Source of the DNA: a virus | Strand: one strand, 5' to 3' | Length of the DNA: 64,000 nt | IMG/VR virus record: IMGVR_UViG_3300042564_002580 | Coordinates: 53,028-117,027 of that record | Shown: positions 49,008 to 57,862 of the stretch, one piece after another | Position numbering within the stretch: the stretch's first letter is position 1 | Layout of the letters: the number at the start of each line of letters is the position of its first letter | Program-made: the position numbers and the translations under genes | Notes under the pieces: model-generated | The model's input: the letters and a program-made list of their open reading frames with translations, nothing else | What the model was told of the DNA's origin: nothing | Database searches by the model: none

Positions 49008-49291
49008 TGATCTGTGCAAATTCAGACTGTATTAATGAAAAAAATTTTGAGCCAAAAACACACAATCAGAAGTATTGTTGTGATGAGTGTTGCAGAATTG
49101 CAACTAATAAAAAGATTATGGAAAAGTATTATGAGAAAAAAGCAATTAGGTCTGGCCAAAAAAGATACTGCAAGTCATGCAAATCACCTTTAAGTAGGTA
49201 TAACACTTTAAGTATTTGTGCAAAATGTGAAAAGAATAACTCTACTTCAGATAGAGATAAGATAATTGGTATGATAAATGACGCTTGCTAA
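49007..49291 (+). CDS. Cys-rich zinc-binding hypothetical protein
   Basis: CANSDC, QKYCCDEC, CKSC, CAKC. Confidence 0.7.
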   Translation: MICANSDCINEKNFEPKTHNQKYCCDECCRIATNKKIMEKYYEKKAIRSGQKRYCKSCKSPLSRYNTLSICAKCEKNNSTSDRDKIIGMINDAC

Positions 49292-49844
49292 ACTGTCTAG
49301 GACAAAAGCCTCTAGAGTTTTAGGAATAGATGCGTCCACATCGTCTGTTGCGTTTTGTTTAATTGAAGATAATAAGCCAGTTAAATGGGGTAAGATTAAT
49401 TTAGTTGGTAATGATATTTATGAAAAAATTCATGATGCTAAGATAAAAACACACTCTATTCTAAATGAAATAAAATCAGACTACATTGCAGTTGAAGGAG
49501 CAGTACTTGTCAGATCACCCGATGCTGTGATAAAATTATCTTATGTGTATGGAGTTGTTATTGCCGAGCTTATGTCAACTGGCGCAAAGGTGATTACAAT
49601 AAGCCCATCTGCTTGGCAGTCACACATTGGAAATAAGAACCCAACTAAAGATGAAAAGTCTGCTATTAGATTATTAAATCCAGGTTATGCAGATTCTTGG
49701 TACAAAAATAAGTTGCGTAATATGAGAAAGCAAAGAACTGCAGATTATTTTAACAAAAAATATAATTTAAATGTTGAAGATTATGATGTTGCAGATTCTT
49801 TTGGAATTGCTTACTATGCTAATGAAGTGTTAACAAAGAGGTGA
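49278..49844 (+). CDS. RuvC-like Holliday junction resolvase
   Basis: VLGIDAS, IAVEG, SPSAWQ, DVADSFGIA. Confidence 0.85.
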   Translation: MTLAKLSRTKASRVLGIDASTSSVAFCLIEDNKPVKWGKINLVGNDIYEKIHDAKIKTHSILNEIKSDYIAVEGAVLVRSPDAVIKLSYVYGVVIAELMSTGAKVITISPSAWQSHIGNKNPTKDEKSAIRLLNPGYADSWYKNKLRNMRKQRTADYFNKKYNLNVEDYDVADSFGIAYYANEVLTKR

Positions 49845-49981
49845 AATTGTATAAAAATAAAGATTGGCTACATAGAAGATATGTTATCCAAAGAAAAACA
49901 ATGTCGGAGATTGCAGAAGAATGTGGCGTAAGCATTATGACCATACATAGAGCCCTAAAAGAAAAAGGTTTAATTAAATGA
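49841..49981 (+). CDS. 46-aa helix-turn-helix microprotein (not in ORF track)
   Basis: MKLYKNKDWLHRRYVIQRKTMSEIAEECGVSIMTIHRALKEKGLIK; GTGA and ATGA overlaps. Confidence 0.75.
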   Translation: MKLYKNKDWLHRRYVIQRKTMSEIAEECGVSIMTIHRALKEKGLIK

Positions 49982-50319
49982 AGCTAGATCCAGTTTTTAA
50001 AGATTCAAAAGAATTTAGATACGATGACCTATACTTGCTTACAGTTGGAACTGAAGCTGGGAATGAAATTCTAACAACATGTTTGGACATTGCTCATATG
50101 CTAATTAAAAAGAATATATCGTATGGAAATTCAGCCCTAGACCCAGTTCGTATATTTTCAAAGGCGGGACCAAAAGAGCAGCTATACGTTAGAATTGATG
50201 ATAAACTAAATAGACTTATTAAAGGTGAAGAATACCCAGGAGATAATGATATTGATGATCTAATTGGATACCTAATATTGTTAAAGGTAGCTAAGGAATT
50301 TGCTATTTCAGTCGACTAG
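49978..50319 (+). CDS. DUF1599/nucleotide-modification-associated (MazG-like helical) protein
   Basis: KKNISYGNS, VRIDDKLNRL, DIDDLIGYLIL. Confidence 0.7.
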   Translation: MKLDPVFKDSKEFRYDDLYLLTVGTEAGNEILTTCLDIAHMLIKKNISYGNSALDPVRIFSKAGPKEQLYVRIDDKLNRLIKGEEYPGDNDIDDLIGYLILLKVAKEFAISVD

Positions 50320-50336
50320 AAGTATAATATAACTAT

Positions 50337-50873
50337 ATGGAAATTGAATTATCTGATCATTTTGATCGCATGAACATGGTAGTTGAAGAACTTCTTAAGG
50401 GAAGCACTCCAACTCAAATTGCTACAATCACTGGACTCAAAAGGGCAGAGGTTTTAGAGCATATTGATGAATGGAAAGAAGTTGTAAGAAACGACTCTGG
50501 TGCTCGTGACAAAGCAAAAGAAGCTATATCTGCAGCTGACCAACACTATGCAATGCTTATAAGAGAAGCTCACGACCTGGCAAAAGAAGCCAAGATGCAG
50601 GGCCAGCTTAGTGTACAAGCAACAGCTATTAAATTAGCTTTGGACATTCAAGGCAAAAAGGTTACAATGCTTCAAGATGTGGGCTTGCTTGAAAATAATG
50701 AGTTAGCTTCACAGATATCAGATACAGAAAGAAAGCAGGAGATACTTGTAAAAATATTAAAAGAGGTTTCTGCGACATGTCCAAAATGTAAACTTGAAGT
50801 ATCAAAGAGACTATCACAAATAAATGGAATAGTAGAGCCGATAGAAATCATAGAGGCGGCATCAAATGAGTAA
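50337..50873 (+). CDS. HTH/coiled-coil protein, candidate terminase small subunit
   Basis: N-terminal HTH (TPTQIATITGLKRAEV), helical body, one gene upstream of TerL. Confidence 0.55.
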   Translation: MEIELSDHFDRMNMVVEELLKGSTPTQIATITGLKRAEVLEHIDEWKEVVRNDSGARDKAKEAISAADQHYAMLIREAHDLAKEAKMQGQLSVQATAIKLALDIQGKKVTMLQDVGLLENNELASQISDTERKQEILVKILKEVSATCPKCKLEVSKRLSQINGIVEPIEIIEAASNE

Positions 50874-51453
50874 TAGCCCAATTGATCTGACTAACCTAGA
50901 GATACTTGGTGAAAGAATCTATGTATATAAAAATTTTATATCACAGGATGAGATTGATAAGGTTCTTTTGGAAGTAAAAAATGTAGAAGATTGGCATGTT
51001 GGTGAATACTTTACAAATACAATGGGTACATACAACACAAGAACAGTTGATTACCTTAAGGAAAGAATTCAAAATTTATTAGACGACAAACACTATGCTT
51101 CAGATTCATCACATGTTGTTAGAATGGTTAAAGGAAATATGTGGGGAGCCCACTCAGACGTACACGACTTTGAAGAAATTGAAAAGCTAGCTAAAGAGTA
51201 TAAAGAAGGAGACGACTTTATTGACAAGCAGCTTTCAGTTTTTGGAACGATTGTATACTATCAATTGCCAATCAATGGCGGCGGGCTTTTTTATAGCAAA
51301 CAAAACTTAAAATACAAGCCTTCCCCAGGAGACCTTGTTATTCATGGATCAGATGATTACTGTGAGCATGGCGTTGAAGAAGTTTTAGATGGAGAAAGAT
51401 ACGCTACTTCTGGCTATATATATAAGAATGTAAAGATTAAAAATGGACATTGA
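50866..51453 (+). CDS. 2OG-Fe(II) oxygenase
   Basis: AHSD, GGGLFY, YKPSPGDLVIH, HGVEEVLDGERY. Confidence 0.87.
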   Translation: MSNSPIDLTNLEILGERIYVYKNFISQDEIDKVLLEVKNVEDWHVGEYFTNTMGTYNTRTVDYLKERIQNLLDDKHYASDSSHVVRMVKGNMWGAHSDVHDFEEIEKLAKEYKEGDDFIDKQLSVFGTIVYYQLPINGGGLFYSKQNLKYKPSPGDLVIHGSDDYCEHGVEEVLDGERYATSGYIYKNVKIKNGH

Positions 51454-53233
51454 TTTTAATGACATTATTGATATTCTAGATGGCGAAGAGTTTGATGAAA
51501 GACCAGTCGATCTAGAAACATTTGTAACTGATAAAAACTATTTAGGATTGCCAGAACTATCTAAGCACCAGTACACATTGATAGAAAAATCATCTCAGAT
51601 ATATAAAGAATCAACTCTTATAAAACTTTTTGGTGAAGAAGAAGGATCATTAAGATATAGGCAAACATGCAATGAAGTTGTTGCTCAGTTAGGAAAAGGA
51701 AGCGGTAAAGATTATTGCTCGACAATATCTGTTGCCTACATAGTATATTTGCTTTTATGTTTAAGAGACCCAGCTGCGTACTATGGTAAGCCACCTGGTG
51801 ACTCAATTGATATTATTAACATTGCTATTAACGCACAGCAAGCGAACAACGTATTTTTTAAAGGATTTAAAAATAGAGTAACTCATTCCCCGTGGTTTGC
51901 TGGTAAGTACTTTGAAAAAGCTTCAGAAATAAAGTTTGATAAAAATGTTACAGTGTATTCTGGGCACTCAGAAAGAGAAGCATTTGAGGGTTACAACGTT
52001 CTTGTAGCAGTACTTGATGAAATCTCTGGCTTTGCTCTAGACAGTACAAGCGGGCATGACCAGGCAAAAACTGCTAGTGGAATTTATGACATGTACAGGG
52101 CATCTGTTGACTCACGTTTTCCAGACTACGGCAAAGTTATATTGCTTTCTTTCCCTAGATTTAAAAACGATTACATCCAGCAAAGATACGATGATATTGT
52201 ATCTGAAAAAGAAGTAATATCAATGTCTCACAAATTTAAGCTTGATCCAGAACTTCCTGATAATACCGTAGGTAATGAATTTGAAATATTTTGGGACCAG
52301 GATGAAATAATATCTTACAAGTATCCAAAAGTGTATGCAATAAGAAGGCCAACATGGGAAGTTAATCCTACTAGAACAATAGAAGACTTTAAAATTGCAT
52401 TTTATAGAGATGTTACCGATGCCCTAGGAAGATTTGCTTGCATGCCACCAGAAGCAATTGATGCTTTTTTTAAGTCACGTGAAAAAATTGAAATGGCTTT
52501 CAACGACCTATCTTTAGCTGTAGACGGATTCGGAAGATTTGAAGAATGGTTTATTCCAGAAGAAGATAAAGACTACTACATCCATGTGGACTTGGCTCAA
52601 AAGCATGACCACTGCGCCGTGTCAATGGCTCATATTGAAAAGTTTGTTAGCGTAAAAGTAACTGATACATATTCTCAGCCAGCACCAATTGTTAAAGTGG
52701 ATGCCGTAATGTATTGGACTCCTACATCAGACAAGTCTGTAGACTTCGGAGAGGTAAGAGATTATATATTGTCATTAAGATCTAGAGGATTTAATATTAG
52801 AATATGTACTTTTGACCGATGGAACTCTCACGACATGATGCAGCAGCTAAAACAATATGGAATCAATACCGAAACTTTATCTGTAGCTAAAAAACATTAT
52901 GACGATATGGCTATGGTTGTTTTGGAAGAGAGATTAAATGGTCCTCACATACCACTTCTTATTGATGAATTGCTGGAGCTAAGAATTATGAGAGACAAAG
53001 TGGATCACCCCAGAAAAGGCTCTAAGGACTTAGCTGACGCAGTATGTGGATCTATTTACAATGCAATTAGTTTAACTAGAGCAGCTTTTGGTGACATAGA
53101 GGTACACGATTACTCATCTGTTAAAAAACAATATAGAGAGTCTTTGGTTGTAGATAGTCCTAATTTAATTAGAGCCCCATCTACAATGCCAAGAGATCTT
53201 TCTGATGCACTGAGTGGAATGGAAATAGTATGA
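51443..53233 (+). CDS. Terminase large subunit
   Basis: Walker A GKGSGKD, Walker B AVLDE, nuclease HVDLA..HD, FDRWNS, KDLADAV. Confidence 0.9.
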   Translation: MDIDFNDIIDILDGEEFDERPVDLETFVTDKNYLGLPELSKHQYTLIEKSSQIYKESTLIKLFGEEEGSLRYRQTCNEVVAQLGKGSGKDYCSTISVAYIVYLLLCLRDPAAYYGKPPGDSIDIINIAINAQQANNVFFKGFKNRVTHSPWFAGKYFEKASEIKFDKNVTVYSGHSEREAFEGYNVLVAVLDEISGFALDSTSGHDQAKTASGIYDMYRASVDSRFPDYGKVILLSFPRFKNDYIQQRYDDIVSEKEVISMSHKFKLDPELPDNTVGNEFEIFWDQDEIISYKYPKVYAIRRPTWEVNPTRTIEDFKIAFYRDVTDALGRFACMPPEAIDAFFKSREKIEMAFNDLSLAVDGFGRFEEWFIPEEDKDYYIHVDLAQKHDHCAVSMAHIEKFVSVKVTDTYSQPAPIVKVDAVMYWTPTSDKSVDFGEVRDYILSLRSRGFNIRICTFDRWNSHDMMQQLKQYGINTETLSVAKKHYDDMAMVVLEERLNGPHIPLLIDELLELRIMRDKVDHPRKGSKDLADAVCGSIYNAISLTRAAFGDIEVHDYSSVKKQYRESLVVDSPNLIRAPSTMPRDLSDALSGMEIV

Positions 53234-53478
53234 GTATATATCAAGAAAAAGCAAAAGCATGTGTCTGCTGCAGCAAGCATGTACCTTTGCCAACTAGATT
53301 AAAAGAATACAATGGAGTATTGCTTTGCCCAACAACTTTTGACAACATACATGAGTATAAAAGAGTTTGGACGGAAATGGGCAAAAGGCCTCCAGGAAGT
53401 ATAAGAAAACATTTTTCTGAGTATGTTCAAAAGGTTGTAGAGCAATCCCTTGACAAAAATGATGATAAAATAATATAA
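53230..53478 (+). CDS. Hypothetical Cys-containing protein
   Basis: CVCC..H...LCPT; ATGA overlap. Confidence 0.6.
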   Translation: MSIYQEKAKACVCCSKHVPLPTRLKEYNGVLLCPTTFDNIHEYKRVWTEMGKRPPGSIRKHFSEYVQKVVEQSLDKNDDKII

Positions 53479-53479
53479 T
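53450..53479 (+). promoter_or_regulatory. Consensus promoter TTGACA-18-TATAAT for tRNA
   Basis: Ends 8 nt before the tRNA 5' end. Confidence 0.7.
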
Positions 53480-53487
53480 TAGGCTAA

Positions 53488-53561
53488 GCAACAATAGCTT
53501 AGTCGGTTAAAGCCCCGAACTCATAATTCGGTAATCGTAGGTTCAAGTCCTACTTGTTGCA
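53488..53561 (+). tRNA. tRNA with CAT anticodon (elongator Met or Ile2); CCA not encoded
   Basis: Acceptor GCAACAA/TTGTTGC, anticodon arm CCGAA-CTCATAA-TTCGG, T arm GTAGG-TTCAAGT-CCTAC; lacks initiator features. Confidence 0.9.
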
Positions 53562-53572
53562 CAGGAGGCATA

Positions 53573-53914
53573 ATGTTTGATGAGCATGATGACGAAGAGG
53601 AAATGATGTTGAAGATTCAACACTATTTAGATATTGGAGCAATAAAGATCGCTGGCTTTACTGATGACGGAGAAGCAATATTTGAACTAAATGAAGAAAC
53701 TACCTCACTTCTGGCACCAGACTTATGGAAAGCCCATGAAGAGTATGTTGACTCAGAGCTTATTGATCTTATGAATAATGGTCTTATGGAGGTAGAATAT
53801 GATGAAGAGCTTAATGCTACTTTTAATTTTACTAAAGAAGGATTTGAAATTGCAGAATCTAAAGGGATTATACCCATGCAAGACCTAGAAAGGTTTTATA
53901 CAGATGAAGATTAA
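53573..53914 (+). CDS. Acidic hypothetical protein
   Basis: AGGAGG RBS; very acidic 113 aa. Confidence 0.7.
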   Translation: MFDEHDDEEEMMLKIQHYLDIGAIKIAGFTDDGEAIFELNEETTSLLAPDLWKAHEEYVDSELIDLMNNGLMEVEYDEELNATFNFTKEGFEIAESKGIIPMQDLERFYTDED

Positions 53915-54002
53915 GATACAATATTATGTATATAAAATTTATTTAAAGTTAAAGAAAAAAATATTAAAGCCTAAAACAGACAGAGAAAAGTTTATCTACT
54001 AA
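53904..54002 (+). CDS. 32-aa basic peptide ending in FIY, coupled to carbamoyltransferase (not in ORF track)
   Basis: MKIKIQYYVYKIYLKLKKKILKPKTDREKFIY; TAATG overlap. Confidence 0.65.
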   Translation: MKIKIQYYVYKIYLKLKKKILKPKTDREKFIY

Positions 54003-55438
54003 TGATTATACTTGGAATAAATGAAACATCTCACGATGCATCAGTATCTTTAATTAAAGACGGAGAGATATTGTTTGCTGGCCATTCAGAAAGATATAGT
54101 AAAAAGAAAAACGATTGGTATAACAACAAAGATATTATCCTGGATGCACTAAATTATGGTACGCCAAATGCAATTGCATACTACGAAAAGCCCCTGCTTA
54201 AAAAATCTAGAATGATTTTGCATGGTGGATCCAGCGACTGGAAGCCAAATTTTCCAATAGACGTTCCAGTGCATTACTTTAAACACCACTACTCACATGC
54301 ATCTGCTGGATATTACACAAGCCTATTTAATGATGCCGCAATTGTTGTTTTAGATGCAATTGGAGAGTATAACACTTCAACAATATGGGTTGGAGAAGGA
54401 AATAAAATTAAATTGAAATATAAGCAAAACTACCCAGTTAGCTTTGGATTATTTTATTCCGCATTTACAAAACTAATTGGCCTTATGCCAAATCAAGAAG
54501 AATACATAATGATGGGAATGGCTGCCTATGGCGATTGGAAAAGATATTACAAAGAGGTAGATGAGTATTTTCCTTCATACGATAAACAAAAGTATAACTT
54601 TCATAAAGGAATTAATGACTGGGGAATTATAATTACAGAGCAAGATAGATTTGATATTGCAGCAGCAGTTCAAATGGTATACGAGCAAAGACTAAATCAG
54701 TTTATGCGTATGGCAAAGTCTATAACTGGTAAAAACAATCTAGTTTTTATGGGTGGTTGCGCTCTCAACTCTTCTGCAAATACGATTCTGTGGAAGATAT
54801 TTGACATGATTTGGATTATGCCAAACCCAGGAGATGCTGGCAGCTCTTTGGGTGCTGCGGCAGCTTTATATGGAAAGCATATTGATTGGAAGACTCCCTA
54901 CCTTGGCTACGATCTTGGGGGAGAGTATCCTGTTCAGCAAATTCTGGACGGTATATTAAAAGATGGCATAGTAGCAGTAGCAGCAGGCAGAGCAGAATAC
55001 GGACCAAGAGCCCTAGGGAATAGAAGTATTCTTGCAGATCCAAGAGATCCAAACATTAAAGACAAGGTAAATATAATTAAACAGAGAGAGATGTTCAGGC
55101 CCTTTGCACCTGTGGTAATGTCAGAGCATGCATCTAAATGGTTTGATATGGACTTTGAAAGCCCTTATATGCAATACACAGTTAAATGTTTACAGCCAGA
55201 AAAAATACCGTCCGTTGTTCATGCTGATGGAACATCTAGAGTTCAAACTGTTACAAAAGAACAGAATCCTGGACTGTATAGAGCTTTAAATAAATTTTAT
55301 TTACAAACTGGAGTTCCAATACTTTTAAACACAAGTTTAAATATAAAGGGTCAGCCTTTATTAAATGACGAAAATGACATAGTTAATTGGGAAAATGAAT
55401 ATAATTTTAAAATTCTTAGGGGAGTAACTGGTGAATAA
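54002..55438 (+). CDS. Carbamoyltransferase (NodU/CmcH family)
   Basis: HDASVSL, ERYSKKKND, HHYSHA, DAIGE, MGMAAYG, GGCALN, GDAGSSLG, EYGPRALGNRS, RPFAP, HADGTSRVQTV, LNTSLN. Confidence 0.95.
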   Translation: MIILGINETSHDASVSLIKDGEILFAGHSERYSKKKNDWYNNKDIILDALNYGTPNAIAYYEKPLLKKSRMILHGGSSDWKPNFPIDVPVHYFKHHYSHASAGYYTSLFNDAAIVVLDAIGEYNTSTIWVGEGNKIKLKYKQNYPVSFGLFYSAFTKLIGLMPNQEEYIMMGMAAYGDWKRYYKEVDEYFPSYDKQKYNFHKGINDWGIIITEQDRFDIAAAVQMVYEQRLNQFMRMAKSITGKNNLVFMGGCALNSSANTILWKIFDMIWIMPNPGDAGSSLGAAAALYGKHIDWKTPYLGYDLGGEYPVQQILDGILKDGIVAVAAGRAEYGPRALGNRSILADPRDPNIKDKVNIIKQREMFRPFAPVVMSEHASKWFDMDFESPYMQYTVKCLQPEKIPSVVHADGTSRVQTVTKEQNPGLYRALNKFYLQTGVPILLNTSLNIKGQPLLNDENDIVNWENEYNFKILRGVTGE

Positions 55439-56483
55439 AAATGTTATCCAAGTTAGTTATGATTCAGATCCTATAATTTTTACAATAATATCAGCTTTTA
55501 GAAGTTTGTTGCGTAGAAGCGTACTCTTTGATATAAATGCAAAAGAGAATCAGCGGTATATGTACTGTCCAGATTACAATTTATCTATCGATGATGATAA
55601 TGAAATGATCAACCAGATGAATCTAGTTAAAAAAAATTTTGATGTACACAAAGATTATAGAAAAAGGCATAAGTATATTCTTGAAGGAAAAGAAAAAGAA
55701 ATAGAATACAGATACAATCAAATTGGTTATCGAGGAAAAAAAGTTTTGGGGACAGAAAAATTTATAGCAATTGGATGCTCTCAAACATTTGGAAGTTCCT
55801 TAGAAGAAGAGTTTACTTGGCCTACTCAACTCGAAAAACTCTTAGGATCAAGTGTTGTAAATTTAGGAACTCCTGGCGACAGCGCAAGAGGATCAATATT
55901 AAAAGCAATGGCTTATATAAAGCAATTTGGAAAACCAGATGCCATATTTGCTTGTTTTCCAATATCTAGATCTGAAAAATTTTCAGTCCCAGGGAAAACA
56001 GTAAATAAAAGAAGCAACCTGTCAGGTCCATTCAATTCCATGCATTTAAAAGATAGCTTTAAGTTAATTGCTAAAGCTCCATATGATTACGAAGACGTAA
56101 CTCCATTAGAGGATTATATCCTAGATACATTTTCTTTTATTAATATTTTTGATGCATACTGCAAAGAGGCTGGAATTAAATTAATATGGACTGGTTGGGA
56201 GGCACAGTTTGCATCAAATAGAGTAGAGGATGTGCTAAATGAACACACATCTGGATTCTTTTTTGATACCAGCATGAATGATTTTAATTTTGTTAAAGAG
56301 AACCCCGAATGCCATACAGAGTATTTAGAACACCCACTCTTCGATTATGCGGCAGATGTGGTTGTTAATCCTGATGGTCGTAAAAGTGGGCATAAGGGAA
56401 TACACTGGAATATTCATATGGCTGAAAGATGCTATCTAGAGTATTTAAAATATAAACCTATTGATTATTCCGCAGATAAATAG
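55431..56483 (+). CDS. SGNH/GDSL-like hydrolase-fold protein
   Basis: YRYNQIGYRG, IGCSQTFG, VVNLGTPG, C-terminal D...SGH. Confidence 0.7.
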   Translation: MNKNVIQVSYDSDPIIFTIISAFRSLLRRSVLFDINAKENQRYMYCPDYNLSIDDDNEMINQMNLVKKNFDVHKDYRKRHKYILEGKEKEIEYRYNQIGYRGKKVLGTEKFIAIGCSQTFGSSLEEEFTWPTQLEKLLGSSVVNLGTPGDSARGSILKAMAYIKQFGKPDAIFACFPISRSEKFSVPGKTVNKRSNLSGPFNSMHLKDSFKLIAKAPYDYEDVTPLEDYILDTFSFINIFDAYCKEAGIKLIWTGWEAQFASNRVEDVLNEHTSGFFFDTSMNDFNFVKENPECHTEYLEHPLFDYAADVVVNPDGRKSGHKGIHWNIHMAERCYLEYLKYKPIDYSADK

Positions 56484-56489
56484 TATACT
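56461..56489 (+). promoter_or_regulatory. Promoter TTGATT-17-TATACT for tRNA-Arg
   Basis: Ends 8 nt before the tRNA, the same offset as at the 53488 tRNA. Confidence 0.55.
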
Positions 56490-56497
56490 GATGTTAT

Positions 56498-56569
56498 ACC
56501 TCTGTAGCTCAGAGGAAGAGCAACAGACTTCTAATCTGTTGGCCGCTGGTTCGAATCCAGCCAGGGGTG
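56498..56569 (+). tRNA. tRNA-Arg(TCT)
   Basis: ACCTCTG/CAGGGGT acceptor, ACAGA-CTTCTAA-TCTGT anticodon arm, GTTCGAATC. Confidence 0.93.
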
Positions 56570-56606
56570 CGATACGTAGTATCACCACTTATATATAAGG
56601 AGAAAA

Positions 56607-57143
56607 ATGAAAACCGTAGGAGATAAGCTTGGTAACTTTGCTGTTACTGGAGTTAAGCCAGGGGCTTTGTCGTATGATGAATCCTCTTTCGAAATAATTA
56701 CGCAGGAATCTTTTCCAGGAAAATGGAAAGTTATTGCTTTCTATCCCAAGGACTTTACGTTTGTATGCCCAACCGAAATTGTTGCATACGATGCTTTAGT
56801 AAATGATTTTAATGATAGAGATACAGTTCTAATGACTGGTTCTGTTGATAATGAATTTTGCAAAATTGCATGGAGAAATGCACATGATGATCTCAAGAAG
56901 ACAAACTCATGGTCATTTGCAGATACAGCGCACCAACTAGCTAGCGACCTTGGAGTACATCACTCTTCTGGAGTTACATACCGTGCTACATTTATTGTTG
57001 ACCCAGAAAATATTATTCAGCATGTAACTGTAAACAATCTAGATGTAGGAAGAAACCCAGACGAAACACTTCGCATACTAGATGCACTGCAAACAGGAGA
57101 GCTTTGTGCATGCAATAGGTCATTAGGCGGAGAAACTCTTTAA
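56607..57143 (+). CDS. ahpC: Peroxiredoxin / alkyl hydroperoxide reductase C
   Basis: FYPKDFTFVCPTE peroxidatic motif; C-terminal ELCACN as in actinobacterial AhpC. Confidence 0.95.
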   Translation: MKTVGDKLGNFAVTGVKPGALSYDESSFEIITQESFPGKWKVIAFYPKDFTFVCPTEIVAYDALVNDFNDRDTVLMTGSVDNEFCKIAWRNAHDDLKKTNSWSFADTAHQLASDLGVHHSSGVTYRATFIVDPENIIQHVTVNNLDVGRNPDETLRILDALQTGELCACNRSLGGETL

Positions 57144-57655
57144 TGACATGGGTAGACCAACTTAAAGAATCTCTTCCAGAGTATGCTAAAGATATAAAAT
57201 TAAACCTGGATGCTGTTATTAATAGGTCTACTATTGATCCAGAGCATGCTACATACCTTTCAATTTCAGCAGCATTTGCAACTGGAAACGCCAAGCTGCT
57301 TGCATTTATAGTTGCAAGCGCAACGGATGAAGTCGAAAAGAATGCAGCCCTTACAGCAGGCGCTATAATGGCACAAAATAATACCTGGTATCCTTTTATT
57401 GAAATGGCTGACGATGCTAATCTTAAAGGATTACCAGCACAACTTAGAATGAATGCTATATCATCTCACGGCGGTACAACAAAGGGCAAGTTTGAAGCAT
57501 ACTCATTAGCATCATCAATAGTTGGCAAGTGTCATTTTTGTGTTAAAGCACACTATGATACATTGAAAGAAGAAGGATATAGTGTTGAGCAATTACGTGA
57601 TATCGGAAGAATTGCAGCAACAATTAATGCGCTGTCTAAGATCTTGTCAGCTTAA
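57143..57655 (+). CDS. ahpD: Alkylhydroperoxidase D
   Basis: LPEYAKDIKLNL, MAQNN..Y, LRMN, CHFCVKAH; coupled to ahpC. Confidence 0.93.
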   Translation: MTWVDQLKESLPEYAKDIKLNLDAVINRSTIDPEHATYLSISAAFATGNAKLLAFIVASATDEVEKNAALTAGAIMAQNNTWYPFIEMADDANLKGLPAQLRMNAISSHGGTTKGKFEAYSLASSIVGKCHFCVKAHYDTLKEEGYSVEQLRDIGRIAATINALSKILSA

Positions 57656-57661
57656 ATTGAT

Positions 57662-57687
57662 TTCCTTGGTATGAATTAAAACTGCCA
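57662..57687 (+). ncRNA. Candidate small pseudoknot RNA motif, copy 1
   Basis: TTC-CTTGGTAT-GAA-TTAAAAC-TGCCA; covaries with copy 2. Confidence 0.6.
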
Positions 57688-57692
57688 GCATT

Positions 57693-57765
57693 GTTCCTAT
57701 AGCTCAGCTGGTAGAGCAGCAGACTTTTAATCTGCGGGTCGATGGTTCGATACCATCTGGGGACA
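57693..57765 (+). tRNA. tRNA-Lys(TTT)
   Basis: GTTCCTA/TGGGGAC acceptor, GCAGA-CTTTTAA-TCTGC anticodon arm, GATGG-TTCGATA-CCATC. Confidence 0.93.
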
Positions 57766-57769
57766 CGCT

Positions 57770-57842
57770 TGGGGATTAGCTCAGCTGGCAGAGCGGGAAA
57801 CTGTTAATTTCTAGGTCATAGGTTCGATCCCTATATCCCCAG
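57770..57842 (+). tRNA. tRNA-Asn(GTT)
   Basis: TGGGGAT/ATCCCCA acceptor, GGAAA-CTGTTAA-TTTCT anticodon arm, ATAGG-TTCGATC-CCTAT. Confidence 0.92.
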
Positions 57843-57862
57843 CAATATGATATAATTAAAAC

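Noticed and set aside
36071-53233. Inteins or introns in DnaB, DnaE, RecA or terminase
   Set aside because: Lengths are ordinary and motifs are contiguous; no Hint signatures or frame breaks seen
53488-53561. CAT tRNA as initiator tRNA-fMet
   Set aside because: G1-C72 is paired and the anticodon stem lacks the three consecutive G-C pairs
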